This document shows, piece by piece, positions 1 to 8,860 of a DNA stretch of 36,220 nucleotides; the stretch's first letter is position 1; every line of letters begins with the position of its first letter. Made by a program: the position numbers and the translations under genes. Location of the stretch: contig CAZJMI010000001.1 of the NCBI GenBank assembly GCA_964547305.1, forward strand, positions 1-36,220, written 5' to 3'. The DNA comes from an uncultured Gammaproteobacteria bacterium (GTDB taxonomy: Bacteria; Patescibacteriota; Patescibacteriia; UBA2591; JBAYNP01). The notes under the pieces were generated by a model. The model had not been told where the DNA came from, ran no database searches, and saw nothing but the letters and a program-made list of their open reading frames with translations.

Positions 1-968
1 TATTTATTCTCCGGGCGGTAACTGACGGCGTCTGGGGAATAGCTGTCGGGGATTTCGCGGCGTGTTATTTCCGGGGTTGCCAGGGTCTTGCCGGGTGGAG
101 GTGGCGGCGGAGCGTGGGGTTCCGGCGTGGTGATGGGGTGGTCGGTGGGACGCGGAATTTCCCGGGTTTCCTCGCCGAGTAGGGGAATGGCTGATAGATT
201 TTCAGCTGTTGCTGTTTCTTCAGCGCAGGCGGGACAAATCCAGCGACCGGTATATTTATCGAATTTCACGCGTGGGTCACGAGTGTCAATAATGGGATGG
301 GTTCGCGATTTGGAGCAAGCTATGAGCCACCACTGGGCACGACAGGTAGTACACACGAAGTGTCGATTGCCAATGCGTGTTCCGTGTTCTTTGCCGGTGG
401 ATCCGCAATGGGGACAGATATCCAGGGCCGCGGGGACGGATTGCGCGCGTTGCGCGCGCGGGTGTTCTTCGCGGTCACAATGAGGGCACATATAGCGGCC
501 AATACCCTTGTCCATGTGGACGGTGGCTCGATCGCGCGTGTCGAAAGAGTCTTTACAGGTGGGACAAACAATTCTTTCCCAGTGACAGCCACAGATAGAG
601 CAATAGCCACGACCGGTGCCAGGGGTGTCCTGGGCATAACTACCGGGGCGTCCGCAAATCGGACAAATGTGTGGGTCAATTTTTAGGAAAGATATTGATC
701 CGGCCATGGCTTGTTCGATGAGTTCGGGTTCAACCTTTATCCTAGTGGCCGGATCGGACTTTTTTTCGGGGGTGATGTCGACTACATCCAGATGGCGGTT
801 TTTTGAACAGATCAAGTTTCGTATCACTTTATATAGCAGAAGAACGCAGGCCAACAGAATTAATCCCACGAATATTATCGCGGCGATTCTGATGAAGCCA
901 GCGAATTGAGCCGCAGTAGCAGCTTCAATTCCGGGTGGATTGAAGAACGACAGGAAAATCGGGAACAT
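1..968 (-). CDS. Membrane-anchored protein with repeated CxxC zinc-ribbon pairs; partial, C-terminus runs off the window start
   Basis: Absent from the ORF track because it is edge-truncated. The minus-strand ATG at 968-966 lies 5 nt after AAGGAGG (plus strand cctcctt, 974-980). Checking tta/cta/tca in that frame, I found no in-frame stop down to base 1. Translation begins MFPIFLSFFNPPGIEAATAAQFAGFIRIAAIIFVGLILLACVLLLYK (hydrophobic anchor). It continues with CPICG..CSICGC, CPTC..CPHC, CPHCG..CTTC, CPAC and a Pro-rich tail (PPPPPP). Confidence 0.6.
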   Translation of the reverse strand, partial: MFPIFLSFFNPPGIEAATAAQFAGFIRIAAIIFVGLILLACVLLLYKVIRNLICSKNRHLDVVDITPEKKSDPATRIKVEPELIEQAMAGSISFLKIDPHICPICGRPGSYAQDTPGTGRGYCSICGCHWERIVCPTCKDSFDTRDRATVHMDKGIGRYMCPHCDREEHPRAQRAQSVPAALDICPHCGSTGKEHGTRIGNRHFVCTTCRAQWWLIACSKSRTHPIIDTRDPRVKFDKYTGRWICPACAEETATAENLSAIPLLGEETREIPRPTDHPITTPEPHAPPPPPPGKTLATPEITRREIPDSYSPDAVSYRPENK

Positions 969-1144
969 GGAAACCTCCTTAGGGGAAGATAAATTTTCAA
1001 ATTACAGTTTAGATACAATGTGCAGTCTAGTTTATTTTGCATAAAAAGTCAAGGGGGGGGTAGGTAATGTGCACACACATATGGCGGTTTTGGAAGAAAT
1101 ATGGTTTAATTAGGAGTAATTGATTAATTAAGTTTTTGAATTTT

Positions 1145-1924
1145 ATGGCGTATTATTATCGAAAAGTACTGTATAATCCAAAGGATACCAATTTTTTTAA
1201 GTTGAGTCGGTCAAAGATAGATTTGTTTGTGGAGTGTCCGCGCTGTTTTTACTTTGATCGGCGGTTGGGCGTGTCGCGTCCGCAGGGGTTCCCATTTACT
1301 CTAAATAGCGCCGTGGACACTCTTTTTAAGAAGGAATTTGATATTTATCGGGCGAAAGGCGAGGCGCATCCTTTGATGAAGGCGTATGGTTTGGACGCAG
1401 TGCCATTTAAACATCCGAAAATGGATGTGTGGCGGGAAAATTTTACTGGAGTGCAGGCGTTGCATCGCCCGAGTAATTTTTTGATTTTTGGGGCGGTGGA
1501 TGATTTGTGGGTGACGCCAAAGAATGAGGTGATTGTGGTGGATTACAAATCTACGGCTTTAAATAAAGAGATTACGCTAGATGAGGAATGGAAAGATGGG
1601 TATAAAAGGCAGATGGAAGTTTATCAGTGGTTGTTGCGCCAAAATGGGTTGCAGGTGGCGGATACGGGTTATTTTGTATATGCTAATGGGCACACTGATC
1701 GACCGACGTTTGATGGTAAATTGGAGTTCAAGGTGACGCTTCTACCATATACCGGCAATGCAGCTTGGATTGAGCCAAAGCTGATGGAGATTAAGGAATG
1801 TTTGAATAGCGATAAAATCCCAGAAGCGGTGACGACGTGTGAATATTGCAAGTTTGTTAAGGAGCGGATGGCGTATGAAGGTGATAAAAAACCTACACAG
1901 AGCGATTTGTTCGGAGCGGGGTAG
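1145..1924 (+). CDS. PD-(D/E)XK nuclease family protein (Cas4/RecB-like fold with Cys pairs)
   Basis: The track ORF 1136-1924 starts at TTG; the first ATG is at 1145. GAVDDLW ... VIVVDYKST gives the D...(D/E)xK nuclease core. Cys pairs ECPRCFYF (N-terminal) and TTCEYCKF (C-terminal) resemble Cas4/AddB-type Fe-S nuclease domains. Confidence 0.6.
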   Translation: MAYYYRKVLYNPKDTNFFKLSRSKIDLFVECPRCFYFDRRLGVSRPQGFPFTLNSAVDTLFKKEFDIYRAKGEAHPLMKAYGLDAVPFKHPKMDVWRENFTGVQALHRPSNFLIFGAVDDLWVTPKNEVIVVDYKSTALNKEITLDEEWKDGYKRQMEVYQWLLRQNGLQVADTGYFVYANGHTDRPTFDGKLEFKVTLLPYTGNAAWIEPKLMEIKECLNSDKIPEAVTTCEYCKFVKERMAYEGDKKPTQSDLFGAG

Positions 1925-1999
1925 AATGGCCGTAAATAATGTAGATATCGAAGACCGGCGGTGAAAACCGGCCGGTTTGTGTTAGTCCCCCGCTACCCC

Positions 2000-2028
2000 T
2001 TTACAAATTATGCAAAATGTGGTAGTAT
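2000..2028 (+). promoter_or_regulatory. Sigma70-like promoter (TTTACA - 17 nt - TGgTAGTAT)
   Basis: TTTACA at 2000-2005, a 17-nt spacer, and TAGTAT at 2023-2028 preceded by TGg (extended -10). It lies upstream of the SD and ATG at 2088, which argues against the longer 2010 start. Confidence 0.4.
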
Positions 2029-2087
2029 ATAAGGGTAATTTTGACAGGAAAAGAAAGAAAAAACCCATAAGAAGGAGGTCTTTGAAA

Positions 2088-3098
2088 ATGAAGAATTTAA
2101 GCCTATTGTATGTGATTCTCGCGCTATTGCTACTGACGGCGTTTTGGCCGGCAGAGGGCGCGTTTCGGTGGCAGTGGTCGCCGGAAAAGTCGGCTCCGCG
2201 TAATGCTGCCGAACGGCTCCAGCAGATCACCGAAAATCTCGAACGTGTTGGCTGGCCAGCCGGGGTGAATGCGAAAAGTATTGTGTCCAATGCATATTGG
2301 ACGCAGGCGGATCAGGAGTTGAAGAATCAGCTCATGACCGATCCGCTAACTTTTCTGCGGACGCGAAATGCAGGACAAGGCACCGAAGATTCGTTGGGGG
2401 CGATTATTTTCGCCGGTTTTTTGGCGAAAACCAAGCTGGATAGTTCGGATGTGACATTTTTCGCCGAGCATTATCCGCAGGTGTTAGCTCGGAAGGCGTT
2501 CATGGGACTGGAATTATGGAACTGGATCATCTCCGATCCAGTTGGCATGGTTCAGCGCTGGTCTTATTGGGAGAGGTATAAGTTCTTCCAGGAATTTGTC
2601 GAGGTGACCGGTATCGATAACGCTGATGTGGCATATCTGGCCGGACCGGAGCTGGAAGAATTGAACGCGGCCAGAGTCGCGGACTCGATGGAGACTATTT
2701 TGCCGCCATCGAGTGAGCCGACAACTGACGCGGAGTTGGCAGCCAGGATCGCATTGGCCAGAGCGAGAATGGAAGGAATGTTCTATCCGAGTCATTATAT
2801 AACGAAGATGGAGCGCGACACGTCGTGCTATGTGGTGACGCCGAAGTATCTGATGGCCGCGGCGCTGGATGCGATTAGTAGCGCTGCTGATACGGTGGTG
2901 GCGGATAGCGCGACAATAGGTGATACAGTCGCTACGGTTATCGATACAGTGGCTATTCGTGGAGAGCTCGAAAAAGCACGAGAAGAGCTCGATACGACCG
3001 GCGCGGTGGCTGATGCTGATGGTAACGGCGAAGACTCGCAAGAGTCGAGTCTAACCGAGGAGGAGAAAAATATTCATCTTTTTTCGGTGGAGCCCTGA
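2088..3098 (+). CDS. Hypothetical secreted/membrane-anchored protein (N-terminal signal-like segment)
   Basis: The ATG at 2088 is preceded by GAAGGAGG (2071-2078). The N-terminus MKNLSLLYVILALLLLTAFWPAEGA looks like a signal peptide. I recognise no family motif. The C-terminus is acidic. Confidence 0.55.
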   Translation: MKNLSLLYVILALLLLTAFWPAEGAFRWQWSPEKSAPRNAAERLQQITENLERVGWPAGVNAKSIVSNAYWTQADQELKNQLMTDPLTFLRTRNAGQGTEDSLGAIIFAGFLAKTKLDSSDVTFFAEHYPQVLARKAFMGLELWNWIISDPVGMVQRWSYWERYKFFQEFVEVTGIDNADVAYLAGPELEELNAARVADSMETILPPSSEPTTDAELAARIALARARMEGMFYPSHYITKMERDTSCYVVTPKYLMAAALDAISSAADTVVADSATIGDTVATVIDTVAIRGELEKAREELDTTGAVADADGNGEDSQESSLTEEEKNIHLFSVEP

Positions 3099-3165
3099 AG
3101 CCATGGCAAGTGACTGTGCATACAGTCACGCCGTAGTTCGGGTAGCGGAATTGATATTTATAAGG

Positions 3166-3191
3166 GGGACGTTTTAGGACGTCCCTTTTTT
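3166..3191 (+). terminator. Rho-independent terminator
   Basis: Stem GGGACGT (3166-3172) pairs with ACGTCCC (3179-3185), with a 6-nt loop, followed by TTTTTT (3186-3191). A separate perfect 8-bp hairpin, GTGACTGT-gcat-ACAGTCAC, sits at 3110-3129 without a T tract. Confidence 0.7.
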
Positions 3192-3268
3192 GTTTGCGCG
3201 GAGATTCGTGAGTGGGATATTGGCGGGGTGATGACAGGTGTGGTAGAATAGTAATGTGAGGTATTTAA

Positions 3269-3559
3269 ATGAATAAATATATGGCGAAAACAACAGCAGT
3301 AAAAATTGAGACAAAAACTAAGACTCTGGCGACGGTAGCGCTGGTATTGGCGGGGGTGGCAGTACTGGGCGCGTGGGCGTTGATGTTTTTGGTCGGGAGC
3401 GGGCCGGGGATTTTGACGGATTTGGAAGGGCGCGCGGGCGGTGTGTTTGGCGATAGAGCGGAAAAACCGAATTGCGAGTGTTTCGGCAGTCAGAATGAAG
3501 AATGTTGTTCTTGTACTTGGAGTGATGGCAGCCGTGGTAGCGCTTGTCGGTCGAAATAA
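3269..3559 (+). CDS. Small hypothetical membrane protein with a Cys-rich C-terminus
   Basis: ORF of 96 aa. It has a hydrophobic stretch LATVALVLAGVAVLGAWALMFLV and then CECFGSQNEECCSCTW. No recognisable family. The start could be 3269 or 3281. Confidence 0.35.
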   Translation: MNKYMAKTTAVKIETKTKTLATVALVLAGVAVLGAWALMFLVGSGPGILTDLEGRAGGVFGDRAEKPNCECFGSQNEECCSCTWSDGSRGSACRSK

Positions 3560-3658
3560 AAACAAATAGGAGACTAAATAGCAGTAGTAGGTGAGACTGT
3601 TTTTTAATTGTGAAAAACAAAGCGTATAGGCGGTTGTTTTTTGATAAGACGAAATGGG

Positions 3659-3687
3659 TTGACAAAATATTGTTATAGTGGTAGTAT
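3659..3687 (+). promoter_or_regulatory. Sigma70-like promoter (TTGACA - 17 nt - TGgTAGTAT)
   Basis: TTGACA at 3659-3664, a 17-nt spacer, and TAGTAT at 3682-3687 preceded by TGg. It shares the GTGGTAGTATA block with the promoter at 2019-2029. Confidence 0.45.
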
Positions 3688-3743
3688 AGTGGGTGATAGT
3701 TGGATATTTGAAATGTTAGAAAATAAAAAAAGGAGACGGTTAA

Positions 3744-4310
3744 ATGGCGGATGAAAATTCCAAGATGAGACTAAAGTATAACGCGCCGGTTATACTGACT
3801 TTTTCGCTGGCATGCGCGCTGGCACTGCTGATAGATAAAACCGTGTACGCGGGGTTTATTCAACGGTATTTAACCGTAGGGACAAGTCTCGCGGAGCCGC
3901 TGGATTGGTTTCGTCTCTTCGGCCATATCGCGGGTCACGCGAGCTGGGGCCATTTTTATGGCAACTTGTTATATTTGCTTTTGTTGGGCCCGATAGTCGA
4001 GGAAAGATATGGTTCAGTCAGGACGTTGGTGATGGTGTTGATTACCGCGGTGGTGACGGGCTTGATAAATGTGTTTTTCATGAGCTCTGGTCTTTTGGGG
4101 GCGAGTGGTATTGTCTTCATGCTGATAATCTTGGCTTCAATCGTTAATGTCAGAAGAAAAGAGATACCGATAACGTTTATAGCTGTCATTATTCTCTTTT
4201 TGGGGCAAGAGCTCTTGAAAGTTGGGGCTAATGATAACGTCTCGCACTGGGGACATCTGGTAGGAGGAGCAACCGGCGGGGCTCTAGGGTTTTGGCACAA
4301 CAACAAGTAA
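3744..4310 (+). CDS. Rhomboid-family intramembrane serine protease
   Basis: SD AAAGGAG lies upstream. Motifs: WGHFYGNLLYLLLLG (HxxxN), GASGIVFML (GxSG catalytic Ser) and HWGHLVGGATGG (catalytic His, HxxGxxxG). Multiple hydrophobic helices. Confidence 0.85.
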   Translation: MADENSKMRLKYNAPVILTFSLACALALLIDKTVYAGFIQRYLTVGTSLAEPLDWFRLFGHIAGHASWGHFYGNLLYLLLLGPIVEERYGSVRTLVMVLITAVVTGLINVFFMSSGLLGASGIVFMLIILASIVNVRRKEIPITFIAVIILFLGQELLKVGANDNVSHWGHLVGGATGGALGFWHNNK

Positions 4311-4334
4311 CGACGCGAAGATAGAAATATGTAC

Positions 4335-4360
4335 GGGGGTTAATAGCCCCCTTTTCTTTT
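4335..4360 (+). terminator. Rho-independent terminator
   Basis: GGGGG (4335-4339) pairs with CCCCC (4347-4351), with a 7-nt loop, followed by the T-rich tract TTTTCTTTT. Confidence 0.6.
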
Positions 4361-4411
4361 GGTAAAAAATTGTTTTTGGGTAATGCGCGAAGCGCTAATT
4401 GGGGAAGGAAG

Positions 4412-4439
4412 TTGCTTTAGGGGGTGTGGGTGCTAAAAT
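4412..4439 (+). promoter_or_regulatory. Sigma70-like promoter (TTGCTT - 16 nt - TGcTAAAAT)
   Basis: TTGCTT at 4412-4417 and TAAAAT at 4434-4439 with an upstream TGc. It sits about 30 nt before the 4469 start. Confidence 0.35.
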
Positions 4440-4468
4440 TGAAAGGCAAATTGAAATAGTAGTAGACG

Positions 4469-5212
4469 ATGAAGATGGAATATTTAAAAAAATTTCAAAA
4501 GGAATTGAGAAAATTAGCCGATCGGGAAAAGGCGAGTATTTTGGCGCGTTTTTTTAAAACAGGGAAAGGGGAATATGGCGAAGGAGATAAGTTTTTGGGA
4601 GCGACGGTGCCGAAGCAAAGGGAATTGATCAAGGGGTTTTTGGATTTAGGGTTGAATGATTTGGATAAATTGTTGAAGTCGGTGTGGCACGAGGAGCGAT
4701 TGTGCGCGCTTTTGATCCTGGTGAAGCAATATGAGGCGGCGAGTAAGAGCAACGACGCGGCACGGCGCGGAGAGATTTTTAAATTTTATTTGGCGCATAC
4801 GGCGCGGATTAATAATTGGGATTTAGTAGATTTGTCGGCGCCGAATATCGCGGGGGATTATTTGTGGCGGCTGAAGACGGATGGGCGCGTAAAAGAGACG
4901 GGCGCGATTTTGGGCAAATTGGCGGGGTCGCGAAGTCTGTGGAAGCGGCGCATCGCGCTTTTGGCGACTTTTACTTTTATTCGCGCGGGAATTTTTGGCG
5001 AGACGCTGAAATTGGCGGGTAAGTTTTTAAATGACCCCGAGCCGCTGATTCACAAAGCGACCGGCTGGATGTTGCGGGAAGTTGGAAAAAGAGATATGGC
5101 GGTTTTGTGGGGGTTTTTGGATAAATATGGGATGAAAATGCCGCGGACGGCTTTGAGATACGCGATTGAACGGATGGGTGAAAAAGAGCGCAAAAGGTGG
5201 ATGAAAAAGTAG
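4469..5212 (+). CDS. DNA alkylation repair protein (AlkD/AlkC-like HEAT-repeat glycosylase family)
   Basis: The N-terminus ...LRKLADREKASILARFFKTGKGEYGEGDKFLGATVPKQREL..., then WHEERLCALLILV and INNWDLVDLSAPNIAG, is the typical signature of this family. Length is about 245 aa. Confidence 0.75.
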   Translation: MKMEYLKKFQKELRKLADREKASILARFFKTGKGEYGEGDKFLGATVPKQRELIKGFLDLGLNDLDKLLKSVWHEERLCALLILVKQYEAASKSNDAARRGEIFKFYLAHTARINNWDLVDLSAPNIAGDYLWRLKTDGRVKETGAILGKLAGSRSLWKRRIALLATFTFIRAGIFGETLKLAGKFLNDPEPLIHKATGWMLREVGKRDMAVLWGFLDKYGMKMPRTALRYAIERMGEKERKRWMKK

Positions 5213-5238
5213 TTGATTTTGGCGGTAGGCGAGAAAAA

Positions 5239-5247
5239 TGGTATAAT
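5239..5247 (+). promoter_or_regulatory. Extended -10 element TGgTATAAT
   Basis: TGGTATAAT at 5239-5247, about 20 nt upstream of the 5269 ATG. A weak -35 TTGGCG lies at 5219-5224. Confidence 0.35.
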
Positions 5248-5268
5248 GGAGGGTGAAAAATTAATAAT

Positions 5269-6102
5269 ATGAAAAACGGGGAAAATCCATCAAAAGACAT
5301 TGTCTTGTTTAAGAAAAAAGAAATTAGAAGAGCCATTCACAATAAGGAATGGTGGTTTGCAATTGTCGACGTAGTTAGAGCATTGACTGATTCTGTGCAA
5401 CCAGATGGGTATATTAAAGATATGCGGCGGAGAGATCCCGAACTTTCTAAAGGGTGGGGGCAAATTGCCACCCCCCTTTTAATTGATACTGCCGGGGGCA
5501 AGCAAAAAATTAATTGCGCCACGCCCGAAGGGATATTGCGCATCATCCAATCCATCCCGTCACCCAAAGCCGAGCCGTTTAAACGCTGGCTAGCGCGGGT
5601 GGGCTACGAGCGGCTGCAAGAGATAGAAAATCCAGAGTTGGCCAGTAAAAGAACGCGACTGCTCTACAAGCTCAAAGGCTATTCTGACAAATGGATTGAA
5701 AATCGCATGCGCGGGATTGTAATTCGGGATGAGTTGACAGATGAATGGCAAAAACGAGGAGCCGCGCGCGAAAGGGATTATGAAATTTTGACCGCGGAAA
5801 TATCCAAGGCGGCTTTTGGGGTCACTCCGGGCGAATATAAAAAACTCAAAGGCGTCAAACGGCAAAATTTGCGCGACCATATGGACGATTTTGAATTGAT
5901 TTTGACTATGCTTGGCGAACGCACCACGGCTGAAATCCATCGCGTCAAAGATACTAAGGGTTTGCCACGACTCAAAGATGACGCGCGGCGCGGGGGTGAA
6001 GTAGTCGGTACGGCGCGAAGCAACATTGAAAGGCAAATTGGTCGCTCGCTGGTGTCTAAAAAGAATTTTTTGAAAAACAAAGAAAATAAAAAGCTAAAAT
6101 AA
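5269..6102 (+). CDS. Bro-N domain / DNA-damage-inducible protein D (DinD)-like protein
   Basis: The N-terminus KEIRRAIHNKEWWFAIVDVVRALTDS matches the Bro-N pattern. The remainder (PKAEPFKRWLARVGYERLQEIENPELA...) resembles DinD-type proteins. Confidence 0.65.
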   Translation: MKNGENPSKDIVLFKKKEIRRAIHNKEWWFAIVDVVRALTDSVQPDGYIKDMRRRDPELSKGWGQIATPLLIDTAGGKQKINCATPEGILRIIQSIPSPKAEPFKRWLARVGYERLQEIENPELASKRTRLLYKLKGYSDKWIENRMRGIVIRDELTDEWQKRGAARERDYEILTAEISKAAFGVTPGEYKKLKGVKRQNLRDHMDDFELILTMLGERTTAEIHRVKDTKGLPRLKDDARRGGEVVGTARSNIERQIGRSLVSKKNFLKNKENKKLK

Positions 6103-6109
6103 AACCGAT

Positions 6110-7087
6110 ATGAACAACATTTTCACCCAGCTGGAGGCGAGCGGACTGACCGGACGCGGCGGGGCGGGTTTTTTGACGGCCAAAAAGTGGCGCATGTTTC
6201 TGGCGGCCGAAAATACGGAAAAATACATCGTGTGCAACGCGGCGGAAGGCGAGCCGGAGGTGGCGAAGGACTTTTTTATTTTGGATAATTACGCGCGGGA
6301 GGTGGTCGGCGGGATAGCGCTGGCTTTGAAAACTTTTAAGGCTAAAGAGGCGTATATCTATCTCAATCCGGATTACTGGGAGCATTTCGAGGGGACTTTG
6401 GCAAAACAGATAGGAAAATTGCCGATTAAGCTGTTTAAAAAGCCGCATGGGTACATAGCGGGAGAGGAGACGACGCTGCTGGAGGCGATTGAGGGGGATA
6501 TGTTGATGCCGCGACCGAGGCCGTTATATCCGATTGAAAGTGGGCTGTGGGGATATCCGACTTTGATAAACAATGTGGAGACTTTTTATTATGTTTATCA
6601 GATAAGTAAGGGAAATTATCGGGGGACGAGATTTTATACCATCGGCGGGGAGGTGACACGACCGGGAAATTATGAATTAGGAGAGGATTTAAGTATCAAG
6701 CAGGTGCTGGAGCAGACGCAGAATTGGCCGCAATTTGAATTTTTTGTGCAGGCGGGGGGAGGCGCGAGTGGTGAGATATTGTTGGCGACAGAATTGGACG
6801 AGCCTTTGAAGGGGGCCGGCTCGCTGGTGATTTATAACAAAGAAACGACCGACCCGTGGAAATTGATGCTCAAATGGGTGGATTTTTACAGATTAGGGAA
6901 TTGCGGGAAGTGTGTGCCATGTCGGGAGGGGTTTTATCGGCTGAAAGAAATGCTGATGAGCGGTCGGCAAGATAAAGAGCTGGTGAAAAAACTGGCGCTG
7001 AATATGCGGCAGACGAGTTTTTGTCCTTTGGGGCGGAGCGGATATGTGCCGCTGATGAGTTTGCTGGAGAAGATTATCGGGGCTTAA
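6110..7087 (+). CDS. NuoF/HydB-like NAD(P)H-binding flavoprotein subunit (minimal form)
   Basis: Motifs GLTGRGGAGFLTAKKW, CNAAEGEPEVAKD, GEETTLLEAIEG and CGKCVPCREG...SFCPLG (4Fe-4S) match the 51-kDa flavoprotein family. Only about 14 aa precede the GRGG motif, and there are no extra ferredoxin domains. Confidence 0.8.
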   Translation: MNNIFTQLEASGLTGRGGAGFLTAKKWRMFLAAENTEKYIVCNAAEGEPEVAKDFFILDNYAREVVGGIALALKTFKAKEAYIYLNPDYWEHFEGTLAKQIGKLPIKLFKKPHGYIAGEETTLLEAIEGDMLMPRPRPLYPIESGLWGYPTLINNVETFYYVYQISKGNYRGTRFYTIGGEVTRPGNYELGEDLSIKQVLEQTQNWPQFEFFVQAGGGASGEILLATELDEPLKGAGSLVIYNKETTDPWKLMLKWVDFYRLGNCGKCVPCREGFYRLKEMLMSGRQDKELVKKLALNMRQTSFCPLGRSGYVPLMSLLEKIIGA

Positions 7088-7096
7088 TTTTTAAAT

Positions 7097-8827
7097 ATGG
7101 TAGAGCAAGAAATTACAATCAAAATAAACGGGCGGGAAATAAAGGCTACTCCCGATCAAACTATCGGCGAAGTGGCATGGCATAGTGGGATTAAAATTCC
7201 GACGTTGTGTTTCCATCCGGATTTGAAAATCAAGGCCAGTTGCCGGATATGCGTGGTGGAGATTAAAGGGCGCGAGGGGTTATTTACTTCGTGCTCGACG
7301 CTGGTGGAAGATGGGATGGATATTTTGACGGAATCGGAGGCGGTGAAGGCGGCGCGGGTGGTGAATCTGGAATTATTGTTCGCGCAACATCAGGAAGAGT
7401 GCGGAGATTGCGTGATTAGCCATAATTGCACGCTATTGAGACTGGCGAAGGAACATGATATCAAAATCGAGCATTATGTCGACCGTAAGACGGATTTTCC
7501 GGTGTATAAATTCGGGCCGGCGATTGAATTTAATTCTTCCAAATGCATCGATTGCGGGAATTGCACGGAGGTATGTGCCATGCAGGGGGTGGACTTCTTG
7601 GAGACCAAGAAGGGTGAGGATAATTTGCCAGTAGTGGGGCCGACGAGCGATAAGACCAAAGACTGCATCTATTGCGGGCAGTGTGTGACTCATTGTCCAG
7701 TGGGAGCCTTTGAGGCGGTGGGCGAGTTCGAAGAAGTGGAGGAGCCGCTGGCAGATAAGGGTAAAACGGTGGTCTTTCAATTCGCGCCGGCGTGCAGGAC
7801 GGCTATCGGGGAGGAATTCGGGTTGCCATACGGGCCAGAATTGGAGGGCAAGTTGATAGCCGCCATCAGAAAACTGGGCGCTAATTTCGTGTTCGACGTG
7901 AGCGTGGGAGCGGATTTCACGACTTTTGAAGAATCGGATGAGTGCGTGGCGTGCGTGAAAGAGGGTGGCAGTAAATTGCCGGTGCTGACATCGTGCTGTC
8001 CGGCGTGGGTGAAGTATATTGAGTTTAATTATCCGCAATACGTGGGTCATCTGGCGACGGCACGTTCGCCGCATATAATTTTGGGTGGGTTGATAAAAAC
8101 CTACTGGGCGCAAAAGCAGGGTTTGAAACCGGAACAAATTTCGGTGGTGTCAGTGATGCCGTGCACGGCCAAAAAGTATGAGATTCGGCGGCCGGAATTG
8201 AAGATAGATGGCTGGATGCCGGTGGATTATGTTTTGACGACACGGGAACTGGCATTTTTGTTTCGACGGCACGGAATAGATTTGGGCGCGTTGGCGGAAG
8301 AAAAATGTGACAATCCTTTTGGAGAATATTCGGGCGCGGGAGTGATTTATGGCGCTAGCGGTGGAGTGATGGAGTCGGCTATTCGGACGGCGTATTACAA
8401 AATGACGGGTAGCGAATTGCCGGGTGTGGATTTTGAACAGGTGCGCGGTATGGAAGGGATAAAGAAGGCGGAAGTGGTTTTGCCAGGTAATAAAAAGGTG
8501 AAAATAGCGGTGGTGGCGGGTAACGGCAACGCCAAGAAGGTTTTGGATGAGCTGGCGAAAAATCCGCACGCCTATGATTATATCGAGGTGATGTCGTGTC
8601 CGGGTGGCTGTATCGGGGGCGGGGGACAACCCTTGCCAGCGACGGCGGGTATTCGGGCGCAGCGAGCGCAGGTGCTCTATGGGCTGGATCGCGGAAAGGG
8701 AATTAGGGCGGCGCATCAAAACCCGATTATTCAAAATATGTATGCCGACTTCCTCAAAGATGATGAATTTCGCCGAAAAATCACGCAGACGCGGTTTGGG
8801 AAGAAGGAGCGGGAGTTTAAGGGGTAG
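7097..8827 (+). CDS. hydA: [FeFe]-hydrogenase catalytic subunit (CpI-like domain layout)
   Basis: An N-terminal 2Fe-2S-like segment and two ferredoxin motifs (CIDCGNCTEVCAM, CIYCGQCVTHCPV). H-cluster signatures are TSCCPAW (L1), MPCTAKKYE (L2) and EVMSCPGGCIGGGGQP (L3). Confidence 0.9.
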   Translation: MVEQEITIKINGREIKATPDQTIGEVAWHSGIKIPTLCFHPDLKIKASCRICVVEIKGREGLFTSCSTLVEDGMDILTESEAVKAARVVNLELLFAQHQEECGDCVISHNCTLLRLAKEHDIKIEHYVDRKTDFPVYKFGPAIEFNSSKCIDCGNCTEVCAMQGVDFLETKKGEDNLPVVGPTSDKTKDCIYCGQCVTHCPVGAFEAVGEFEEVEEPLADKGKTVVFQFAPACRTAIGEEFGLPYGPELEGKLIAAIRKLGANFVFDVSVGADFTTFEESDECVACVKEGGSKLPVLTSCCPAWVKYIEFNYPQYVGHLATARSPHIILGGLIKTYWAQKQGLKPEQISVVSVMPCTAKKYEIRRPELKIDGWMPVDYVLTTRELAFLFRRHGIDLGALAEEKCDNPFGEYSGAGVIYGASGGVMESAIRTAYYKMTGSELPGVDFEQVRGMEGIKKAEVVLPGNKKVKIAVVAGNGNAKKVLDELAKNPHAYDYIEVMSCPGGCIGGGGQPLPATAGIRAQRAQVLYGLDRGKGIRAAHQNPIIQNMYADFLKDDEFRRKITQTRFGKKEREFKG

Positions 8828-8860
8828 AAATTGGTTTTATAAAATTAGTAACATATAATT

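Noticed and set aside
88-686. Plus-strand ORFs 88-483, 297-686 and 377-598, and minus-strand ORF 320-679
   Set aside because: They overlap the longer SD-preceded minus-strand ORF (968 to 1), which has coherent CxxC repeats. These frames are Gly/Arg-rich nonsense.
2010-2087. Upstream extensions of track ORFs (2010, 10727, 25626, 26702, 24572, 1136 starts)
   Set aside because: These are non-ATG or SD-less starts that run through promoter-like sequence. Internal ATGs give canonical N-termini (for example MPTIQQL for S12 and MSKQCALC for L28).
7433-8734. Long minus-strand ORFs (7433-8137, 8150-8734) inside the hydrogenase gene
   Set aside because: They are antisense shadows of hydA and have no motifs.
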